From: Balanoglossus misakiensis
Lineage: Eukaryota > Animalia > Hemichordata
Direction: 5' to 3'
Length of the DNA: 64,000 nt
Assembly: GCA_040954595.2 (NCBI GenBank)
Contig: CM082583.2
Span: forward strand, 4,641,374 to 4,705,373
Numbering within the stretch: the stretch's first letter is position 1; the number at the start of each line of letters is the position of its first letter. A program made the position numbers and the translations under genes. Below the pieces are notes generated by a model. That model had not been told where the DNA came from, did no database searches, and saw only the letters and a program-made list of their open reading frames with translations. Shown here piece after piece: positions 34,221-45,055 of the stretch.

Positions 34221-34557
34221 TCAGCAACAGAGAAGAGCTTCCTACTTGTGACAACACAGTCACATTGTTGTAAATAACAGTAAAAGAAACTTAATTTTTA
34301 CTAGGGTTCCATGTTTTATACGCATAGTGCATCTTATGCTTGGGGATATGAAATTATACTATTGAAATGCCGAAAATTCCTACCAAAATTGTGTGACAAT
34401 CGCCGAGACTTAGAGCACCAAGTTGGGCAAAAATCGGCGTTTTCAGACCCAACACAGCGTCTTCGGCCGTCAACGCCACCTTCTTCATGTTTGCCTCGTA
34501 AGAACGGACGAGCCCACTTGTCATCGCTCTCACTTGCTTCTCATTCTTCACGGGCAT
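34221..34557 (-). CDS. Spliced 64-aa upstream ORF (MPVKNEKQVRAMTSGLVRSYEANMKKVALTAEDAVLGLKTPIFAQLGALSLGDCHTILEALLCC) on the predicted leader of the 29322-34206 gene
   Basis: accATG at 34557; exon 34557-34384 (58 codons), donor gtagga, acceptor caagtag at 34243/34242, then 7 codons to TGA at 34223-34221; main ATG 14 nt later. Confidence 0.45.
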
Positions 34558-35497
34558 GGTACACGTAGTCACAGAATACCACGGACTCTTTTCGGAATAG
34601 TTTTTTTAAAGAAAATTTCTGGTGTGAATATGTATTTTGTAAAGCCTGTGCAGTTCGTTCTTGGCGCAAAATTTACGTTTGTTTGTTGGTTGGTTGTTGG
34701 CCCTTTTCTCTAAAACGCGCAAGAAGTTTGTAAATGGATTATAATTCATGACCTCATAGTACATTCGATATTTTTGCGATTCCGGCAGATAACCTATTTT
34801 TATAATAAAACAATAACAGAAAGTGCAAATGTACAGATGCGAGCCCGTATAAAACACAAGACATTTACCCCGGTGATAGAGGGCGCTCTGTGACTTATGG
34901 CAAGCACATCTGTGCATGCGTGCTGTAATCGACTCAATCGACTGCATCTGCTGCGGTGCGTATCATGTGGCAGCGCAAAGCTGTTATTCTGTCCCGAGGG
35001 AGTTGAGTGGACCATGGATAAATTATTCAATTATATGTAACTGTAAAAGCGCCTTGAGCACAATACCTACACAGTTCAAGTCGAATCTTGCAACCTGTAC
35101 GCTGGGGTTTGCCGCTGCGCCGCATGCAGTTCCCGCCCCAGCACATGCTATTGGCGTGTGCAATCAATCAACAAAAGTGTATTATAGCGCCAAAATCCAA
35201 AACAAGATTAAAGAAACCTTGCCCGATTACGCCCATGGTTAAACTTCACTGTACGCTCTTTTGAAAGTGGACAAAAAGCATTCACAATAGTCGCTTGACA
35301 TATATACATATTTAGCTAGCTGCAATGATAGTAGCGGGTGCTGCTAAGTTGAGTGGTGTGTTCGAACAGCTAATATTTAGATATTTAGCCTACTCCAGTT
35401 GAGTTCGAGCTTGGAAAAGAGTATTTGTTTACAGTGGGATACTGTAGTTGATATCGATTATGACTGTGTGAGTGCAGCCCGCACGTTCATCGATGAA

Positions 35498-35540
35498 TTA
35501 TAGTTGACTTTGTTCCTGCTTGCCTTCGGGGTCCCGGTTC
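35498..35540 (-). other. Diverged duplicate of the PRDM6 C-terminal codons; possible alternative last exon
   Basis: tctttccag|G AAC CGG GAC CCC GAA GGC AAG CAG GAA CAA AGT CAA CTA TAA = NRDPEGKQEQSQL*, colinear with the real end [13 protein letters not shown]. Adjacent 35264-35497 resembles the PRDM6 proximal 3'UTR at 36427-36600. Confidence 0.55.
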
Positions 35541-36600
35541 CTGGAAAGACGCGCGGGGTCAAAAAAGATCGACTGTTAACAAATTCTATATAACGCTCCT
35601 GCATCTGTCTGCTATATGCCTACTAGTCCAATGTTGCCGATACAAGGGCTCCCGGATTTAGGCGTAGATGGTCTAGGCTCAGGCTACTTCAAGGAAAAGC
35701 TAAACATGAAGACAGACCGTCGCACGACCCCTCCCCCTGTAGCTCTTTAATAAAAGACAAAAATAGTAAATGAGATGAAATGTTCCGTTCCTTCGTTTTC
35801 ACGAATCCAATGGGGAAACTGTAGAACGCTTTTCACCGTAAACAGAACCAGGCCTAAGCTAGGTCTACCTATCGCCGTGGGCTACGGTTAATTGACAATA
35901 ACTATCGTTTGACTGGCAAAAAAATTAGACCCCCTATAACAATGTAAAAGAGCATCCAAAGAGAAGTTTGCTGGTGGGTGATTATAGCTTCATAATGAGA
36001 GGCTCAGCTGCATATCCAAAAATAGGTTTCAAATGGCAAAAGGGGCCCTGCGGGAAACCCCGAACATTTGGCGCTTGGACATAAAAAAAAGCGAACGGAA
36101 CTCTAAAAACTGTGTTGATGCATTTTATTTGCAAATGTAAAAGCATTAATATTAAATCTCAAAGTGGAATGCGAATGTCTACAACAACAAATTGCACAAC
36201 AATTCAAATCTTAAAACAATGGGGGATTTCACCATGAAAAGTATAAATTAAACCACCGGAAGTTTTGGTCACATTCGCGTGCAAAGCGTTTTAATAAATA
36301 AGTTGCAAGTTTTATTTATTTGCGGTAAATGTAAAATAGAAGAGACAAAAAAAAGTTAATTCACCGTGCTTTTAAAACATGTAGTTTTAAATGAGTGAGA
36401 AAAGAATTTAAATAACAAGTTCAGTCAAAGTGGACAGAAAAGCATTCAAAATGGTCGCTTGACATAATATATACATATTTATTATTGAGTGACCTCTGAG
36501 TCACCCCCGGAAAAGTTACTCCAGTCCGATCTTGGAAAAGAGTGCTGTGGTTCATTGAGTCTCGGTTGCGACTCGGGCCGTCGTTCATTGAACGATGAAA

Positions 36601-39600
36601 TTAAATCTCAATGTGTTCATGTTCGCCTTCGGGCTCCCGTTCGCGTTCGTCGTCGCGTTCGTCTGCTGTGGGCCGATGTTGCACCTGTTCGTAGTCGTGC
36701 TGCAGTTGCGTCACATGTTGCTGTTTGTTGCTGGTATTTTCGTTGTTGTTGTTGTTGTTGTTGTTGACGCTCTTGCTGTTGTCGTTGCTGCCGTTGTTTT
36801 GGCGAGCGTGGTGGTGATCGTGCGATTGCCCACGGGGCGCGCATTCTCCAGGGGTGCGTTGGTGCCTGCTCAACTGGGAGGCTTGAGCGAAGCTTCGGTC
36901 GCACTTGTCACACCTACAGAAAGAACATTAGCGAGAGTTTTAGTTAAAATTACATGCGCATTACATCACCATGTACAAACAAAACTAATATATTTTCAAC
37001 CACCGTCTGCTCATGTACGGTAATAAGACCCTTGTGTGAACTTTACGAGTATTCTTGCAACGTTTTCGCTTAATATTCCGACCACAGACAAAGTCTGTGT
37101 TTCGACATATAAAATAACGCATGTTAAACCAATAGGCTAGACTCCACTAGTCGCTTGGTGATTTTTCGGTGTTTTTTTTGTCTTAATAAATAATTGCAAT
37201 ACTTTTTGCGTTCATGCTTGCCTTGAGCGTGTTTTGGTAGTGAGGTGAGTTTCGAATTAGGGACTGAGCTTGTGGTTTCGGGTAGCGTCGCTACGCGTTC
37301 CCTACACATAATGAAACCCATAGACATAGAGCATGTTAAACCAATAGGCCTACCTGAAGGGTTTTTCGCCCGTATGTGTGCGTATGTGGTTGTTCAAGGT
37401 CGTCGCTCCGGCAAAGGCTCGGCCGCAGAATCCACATTTGAAGGGGCGTTCGTTGGAGTGGGTGACCACGTGGTTGCGTAACTCGGAAGCCTGTGTAGCA
37501 AAATGGCGACTGGGTTAAAATTCGGAGAATAGCTTATCCAGAGAAATACATTAAGATTGTAACCTTTTTATCACCATGTTTCAGTCCAAACTCATTGTTT
37601 TCTATGGTAAGGTTGGACCTCTATAGAGGGAACTGGGGGTGATAGGGCAGGAGCAAGTTAAACTAAACAAGTATACTGGTGGGAGGGGGAAAGATGATGG
37701 AAAGATGAACAGGAGCCAATCCAAGGAACGGCATATTCTGTATCTCGGTATTTTACTAGATTCTACTGAGGCCGTACTATAGGGTTGACTTTTCTTTTGA
37801 ATTTATTGTCCAACTTTACCTGTGAAAATGACTGAGGGCAGTGTCCACACTGGTATGGTTTGTCGGGGTTCTTCGGACAGATGTGCATCTGCAGCATGAT
37901 GCGTTGCGTGAAGGTCTTGAAGCACTGGCCGCACCGCCACATATTCCAGTCCAGCTGGTTCCCGGACGCGTGGCTGTTCGTCGCGGAGTGCGGCCCCATG
38001 GTGGGCTTGACGTTCATGACCGCGCTGTTCGGCGAGAGGCTGCTCTCCGACATGGGCGAGCAGGCGCCGTCCAAATTGCCGCCGCAGTCCATCTTGATGT
38101 CGAGCGCGCCGTCGTTGGTGTCCGCGCGCTCTCTTCGCGGGAAAAGCTTCTCCTGTGCGTTGCCGATGTACTGGCCAAGGATGGAGGGCATCGACCCCAG
38201 GTGCAGTTTCTTCGGGCTCTTCTCGTCGTAAGGAATACCTAGTATTGAACATACGTGTGTGTTGTTTATTTAAAAATAATATCTTACCTAGTATTGAATA
38301 TACGTGTGTTTTATTTACAAAAAAATATATCTTGGAAGACGCTCTTAAATAACACAGTTAATGATAGCCACAGCCATGGTATTAGGCCTATCGCACCGCA
38401 ATGGCAGTCATGTACTCGATGAGAAATTCTGAGGCGCCTCGAAATATACTTTCGAACCGTGGTTTGTTTTGCTTCTTTTATAATGCATTTTCGACTGTTC
38501 GCATGCACACATCGCTTTGTAAGAACAACGAAGAAAATCTTACCATCTTTATCCTTCATCTTCAGTGAAATTGGAATACCCATAAATTGTGCATAGCGGT
38601 CGTCATACCAAACAAGCATTTCCGTTCCCTTGTTAATTTCGCGGCACACTCTGAAAAGAGACACACATTGAAATTAATTTAAAATCCAGCATTGCCTGTG
38701 CATTGGCTGCAAACTGTTTTGCATTATGGTTATGGCTAGGCCGTAATTACAATGAATAGTAACAGTACCCATAGGCCTACCGTTGCTGGTACTGTCGAGC
38801 ATTGCACTCAAGTCACGCGTACTAAGTATAATTTTACATACACATTTTTCCGATTCCCAATTTCAACAATTATCTATAATATTCTCGGCACGAACCCCCC
38901 CCCCCCCCCCCCCCCCGCCGACAGAATATCTACCGTGACTGCGATAAATATGTTAGGGCGACCCAGTGGAAAAAAAACACCCTTCCCTGTAAGACAGTTG
39001 GCTGGTCGTGTAAGTCATGTTTCTTCGTTTTGCCAAAATAGTGTACCAGCTTATGCCATGATGAATAATTGCACGAGTTCTGGCTCATCATTATTATACT
39101 GTGTTTCCTCCATTCCATTCTTCTCAGCGCATTCATATTACCATGGTTACCCTTCTAGAGTAACCAGTGCCTTTACGCAACAAAATTAAAACTGCTCTCG
39201 TCACCCGCCCGCGATCACCGGGCAGTCGGGTGATAAATCAAAGGGACTGCAGTCTGCGGCAAATTGCGCCCAATTCCGGCCGGGCGTCAAATACATTCCA
39301 GCTTCAGTGAACAAGCACATACCCTCAAAAGATCAACGTTATAATGACACTATTTCAGCGGCTGGTGTCTGAAGACATAGCTGGTCACCGCGAACTGATT
39401 AAAATGCCAATGTGACAATTACTTCAAAAGTGGACAACACAGCGGGCACATAGACATCTGTCTTAGTGCAGAAAACAGTTCAAAAACTCATTGTCGGAAA
39501 ACAAAAGGGACGGCTTGGTTTTTGTCTCGTCTTTATTACGTTGCTTTGTCTTCTTCATAGACGAGGAAACTGATGGCGTTACTGGCAACCCGTGCCTCCA

Positions 39601-42205
39601 AGCCGAGTCAAGTCACGTCACGTCAGCGCGTCTTTAACCTTTTTTTTCAAAAAAATAAAGTACTATTGTTGACGTTAATCCGGATTTACAACCAGCGTTA
39701 AAACATCTTTAGTCTTGGATGTGTACAAACAGCCCGGTTGTACGCTTTAATTATAGCATGTCTGGCTCGCTTTCGCTGTTTCTTATATACTCTATTCAAT
39801 CGTCGTTGGTAGCTTTGCATCCTCGGGTTGTTACGACTGGCACACTTCGCTTACCACATGACATATTACGGCTCATTTTACTTTCTCGACAATTCTCTAG
39901 TCCCGATTCAGACACACATCGCAGAATTATAGCGGACAAGCAGTGGATTTTCGTTTCCCAAAAGATTTAAACAGAATACCACTTTCTAACATGCGGCATT
40001 CCATGATCCAGAAAAGTACTAGACGTTTTCACCGGGAGAGACTTTTTCAACCAGCGCACATGCTGGGCAGCTGACGCAAGATCAATGCGCAGTGCGACAC
40101 ATAATTGACGGGCGTACTCAACACGGGGGATTAGCGGAAAACTGTTGCCCAACATAATATGATTCAGATTACACGCTGAGGGGGCTATTAATTTTCTTTC
40201 AGGCTGAAATTGGCAACTCGGGTGATTGAGAGCCATATTTGTCTGACCGTTCGACCTGCTAATACCCGGGAATCGCCAAAGCAGTAAACTTTATAAACAT
40301 AAATTTCTTTTAAATGGGCGGACTGCTTTGAAAAATTGTTGGTTTATCGGCGAAACGTGCGGATAATGACAGGGCAATCGCTCTGCGTTGTGTTTTATGT
40401 ACGCCATACAGGAAATACCACCTGTTCAGGCCTGCGTCTTAAGTTTTCACATAAAACTCCACTTGTTTTAAGTGTCCAGTCGTATAGAGGCGAGAAAATA
40501 TGCCCGGGACGTCAAGGAACGAGTTTTTTCCTCTTCATCATCGCCGGAACGATCGCCATTTTCTTTTTATGCCGTCTGAGTTCTCATGAAAATATATCGA
40601 ATAAAACAACCAAATGATCACAGAAGTCATTAAACCCTGCGGATAACCCGACTCCCAACGATGGCGGCGAAATTCACATCAAAGGACACAGCGTGCAGTC
40701 TTTTATTTATTTTGCAATTTTGTTTTCTGTTTTCCGACAGCTACGCGGACTGGCATGGGATTTCAACTTTTCCGCATCACCATCATGTCCAAATTTTATC
40801 GTCATCACTGAGATATTTATATATACAGATTATCGACATATACATGTATATACACCTACGCCAATTGCCCTCATACCCACTGATTTAATAACATACACGT
40901 CCGTGTTCTAACTCATCCTCTGTTTTGGCGTAGCCTCTACATTTTTTTTCTTTCAAACTGTCCGATACTTGTTTACTGTGGCTGGAAACCTCGCTCTTCA
41001 TCCAGACTGAAACGCCCCCAGTGGCCCGTACGTTTATAAGCCCCCCCCCCCCCTTTCCATCTTTTTACGTTGTTTACCGGCGTATGAATAGAAAATCATA
41101 CAGAAAACACAAATGGATGGTAAAGAGCTACCCACGAGAGTATGGTGCACATACTGTAAAGCGGGAAAATTTCTCGAACGATAAATTTTCCGAACTATGC
41201 GAGAGCGAAAATAAAAAGTCACGTAAAATGTCTTTCTGAGATCATGATGCAGTGAAATACGAGAACGCGAAAATTAATCGTCCCGTAACAGTTGCCTCTT
41301 TTGATATCGCAAAAATTCCATTTTTGCGAAAATTTCCCGGTTTGCAGCATTGACTCCGTGTTAAAGTGTTCTGCTACTCCCATACCAGCATGCAGCACAA
41401 GTCATGATGAAGGATTGTCTAATAATAGCTCGGTTAAGGGGATCAGTCAAATAGCATTTAACCCAGAAAAGTAACAAAGCCACTAAGGTCCAATTTTTTT
41501 TATCCCATAATCTGTTTTTTTTTTCCAAGTTGAAAACGCACTAAATCGCGGGTGGCAATCTATATATAGGCCTCTACAGCCACAGCGACTGATGGATAAA
41601 CCGCATAAATTTGCGCTTTTAAACAAAACCGTCGAGGTGGCGCGAGTTGTGTGGAAAACCCAAACTTCATCATTACACTAAACATTTAATTGATTTGTTT
41701 CAGTACCTGTAGTAAATTTCCCCTCTGAACTGCACCACACAGAGGTTCTGTTCCCGTCGACTTCGCGCACATCTTATGTACCGCATCCAGTTGTCCTTTT
41801 TCTCGACAGCTCCGTTGACAAAATTCTCGATTTCGCCTTGTTCATTATAAATCTACACATTGACAAATCAGAACATGGCGGATTATTATTTTTTTCAAAA
41901 TGGCAAAGGTTTATGATACTCTAAAAATTCGAAGAGAGGCAAAAGATGGATAGATACATACATAGATACATACATAGATGCATAGATACATACATAGATA
42001 CATACATAGATACATACATAGATACATACATAGATACATACATACATACATACATACATACATACATACATACATACATACATACATACATACATACATA
42101 CATACATACATACATACATACATACATGTACATACATACATACATACATACATACATACATACATACACAGACATACATACATTTAAATTTGTCTATTTA
42201 TAGAT

Positions 42206-42248
<43 letters not shown>

Positions 42249-44646
42249 TTGTTTGTTTGTTTGTTTGTTTATTTGTTTATGCAAATATTTCCGTGTTATT
42301 GTGGTCTCAAGAAATAGTCTGAGCTTGAAGCCAACTTACCTCCCACAGATGATCAGTGTTCGCTAGGGTTTTGTACTCTTCGATTGACACTTTCTCTCCT
42401 TCAAAGGGGCCGAGCCAGGTGCCAACTGGAATTCTTTGTTTTGCGCATATTCCGTAGGTAGCGCCTGGCAAACAGCTTACGCACACGGACAGCTCTTCGG
42501 GCAGATGTGAGAGAATTTGAGGAGTGTGCGCATGCGTCAGGTGGCCGCCGCCTTGATTGCCGTTGACGAGCTTCCGGAGAGAGTGAAGCGGTCCGTGCAT
42601 CGGGCATTCGCCCATGTGGCTCTCCTTACACAGATCACACCCTGTGATTCGCGAAAATAAAGTAAAAACGAGCCGGTTTAAAAATAATTCAGTTTTTATA
42701 ATTTCTGAGGGTTATTAGCATATGAACAAAACCCATATTGAAAACAATAATAATCACCTTAATATAGATACCCGCCCAGCGGTTTTGCTGGTTGTCTAGA
42801 ATTGTCGAGAACACAAACGGACATCAGTAGAAATAAATAGAAAAATACTCTGTGTAGGACATGAACTGTTCGGCGTTATTCACTCTGAGCAAAAAAGGAC
42901 CGATTGAAAAATGTAAAAATAAAGCCTTTCTGTGATGCGAAGCAGCATCAAATTAATGATTAACAATATTATATTCACCAGTTCTGTAAACAAGTTTTTA
43001 AAAATAAAAAAAACACCGATTCACATGATTTTTCTTGGCAATGCTCAACGTTGCATTCGCTAGTAAAACAATCAGCGATTCAAAAGTAGGCAACGCGTGT
43101 TTTTGATTTTAAGTCAGGGTGGTTTGATTTCGCGATGTCGCTATCCAGGCTGTGGCCGATGGTTGGTCAACGACATATTTCTGTCAGCGGAAGCTTTTCA
43201 GTTCGACGTAGTAAGCGTCAGGACTTAGTCTGTTTTAAAAACCACAACATATCATGCAATCTCATGGAACCGTTCCTTCTACGTTGCTCAATTTTTTTCT
43301 GTTTTCGATAAATTCGCTGAATTTTGAGACAAATAAAATCTCTCTCCCTGTTACCCATCATGCATCATCAGTGACTGGAGAGCGTGCGTCTGGTCGGTGC
43401 ACTGTTTTAGTCGAATTTCACATGTACAGTATACAAAAATGCCACCATGGTCTAACACGTTTCGAAGTAGGTATACACCCACTGTTGACATAATTGTGGT
43501 TCGAAACGTTCCGCCCTCATCCCCCTGTTCCCATAATCATTTACGTTCAGAGCGCACCATCATGTTTATTAATTTATGACATTTCGCGCTATGTATACAG
43601 ACGATATCGTCCTACCATCTTCCACGGCAAAACTGGTGACAATGCACGATGTTTGCGCGTCAACAACGCATCATGTTCACTGAGTTCGAAAGTAGGCAGA
43701 CGTTTACTTTAAAAACATCTGTCGGGGCGAAAGTTAATTTTATCCCCCAAAGAAAAGAGGAGGCATGTGCCCACTGCTGAATTCCCGGAACATATACTAC
43801 CTGCAACACGGAACAATTGCTAGTCATAAGGGGTAAATTAAATTTTCCGATAAGTATCTCAAATTTAACGGATTGTTGGTTTTGAGTGAAATTTAGAGTC
43901 TTTAAGTTACACCCCTTTATAGAGAGTTCGACAGTGCGTCAGTTCCGCTGGTTCAGCCTGGACTGCAGGTCCTGTTGTCCTGTATGTCCATGACTGGTCC
44001 TTTTTGAAATAAAGTCATCGGCGTCGAAATCTATACTCTACACGTGTTTCCCACCGCGTCTCATCACATCAACCGACGCCCCGACCAGACTCTACGAATG
44101 TGTCCCGCCATAAATAGAGACATGACAAAACGATCGGAAAGCCTACCCAGGCTGAAATTTTCGCGCCAACGGTCGCGTTTCTTTTTCTTTCGGCGATCCA
44201 ATATAAGACAAGGAAACACTCCAAACTCCGACAACGACACAAACATCCTATTATTTACAATTTCCTTCATAATTTCAGCCATGAAACGATCTCGAACTTC
44301 ATTAGCTGGACGTTTGCGGGTGCTGAACGGTCTGCGGCAAAGTGGGCCATGTCATTTACCGAGCGGAAGGGTGTTCCGCGCTATGTATGTAGTCTGTCTT
44401 TTAGCCGGTGCTGCAAAGGCCTCGTGTCGCAAAGTATTCGTTTGTGAAACTTTGGTTTTGGGACCAAATCTGCAGCTGTGTCACTGATGGCATTTTTTAT
44501 GGATCGATATAGTCACTGATGAATTCTTTTTATCGATCGATATATTTAAATGGTAGACTTTGTCTATATAGTTCACGCGGGGAGATACCCAACTTGTGAA
44601 GAGAAAGACCAAATTTGTCAGAACTGTCGACATCATCATCAAACCT

Positions 44647-44738
<92 letters not shown>

Positions 44739-45055
44739 CATACAGTACCTACATTCGTTAGCCCCTATATAAAGAATCGTTCAAAATGTATTTACTCACA
44801 CGACTCGCCAGAGTCCGTCACATCTTCGTGGGCAACTTTGGACGGCAGCATGGTCGGCCTCATTTTGGTGTAGCCGTACAAACAGTGGTACAAGTCTTCA
44901 TAAGAGAACGATGTTACGTAGACGTTGTTGTTCGTCTGATATTTCCCTTTCACGTGGGCGCCGAAATACAATTGCCGTGTGTCGATATTTTGGTAAGGGT
45001 GGGTCGTAGCATGCGTGGTAGCTCCCCCTTCGGCCGCAACTCGTTGGAATGCCAT
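36601..45055 (-). CDS. PRDM6: PR/SET-domain zinc-finger protein 6 orthologue, 7 coding exons, 559 aa
   Basis: Exons 45055-44800, 42641-42340, 41852-41707, 38650-38544, 38238-37820, 37490-37354, 36913-36601 (1680 nt, in phase). Zinc knuckle [25 protein letters not shown]; PR domain [30 protein letters not shown]; fingers [86 protein letters not shown]. These match vertebrate PRDM6 as recalled. Confidence 0.95.
41950..42280. repeat. Compound (TAGA/TACA)n, (ATTT)n, (GTTT)n microsatellite in a PRDM6 intron
   Basis: Direct reading. Confidence 0.9.
44649..44734. repeat. (CT)n(CA)n microsatellite
   Basis: Direct reading. Confidence 0.9.

Noticed and set aside
34200-34245. Antizyme-like +1 frameshift or selenocysteine readthrough at TGC TGA T
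   Set aside because: The +1 frame stops two codons later (GAT ACC TGA); readthrough meets another TGA five codons on; no antizyme similarity.
27000-34300. Idea that this whole block is an autonomous transposon
   Set aside because: No bounding TIRs/TSD and no DDE, RT or Rep-helicase motifs; it splices like a host gene.
41895-42203. Stacked MYVC/YIHT ORFs
   Set aside because: Tetranucleotide microsatellite artefacts.
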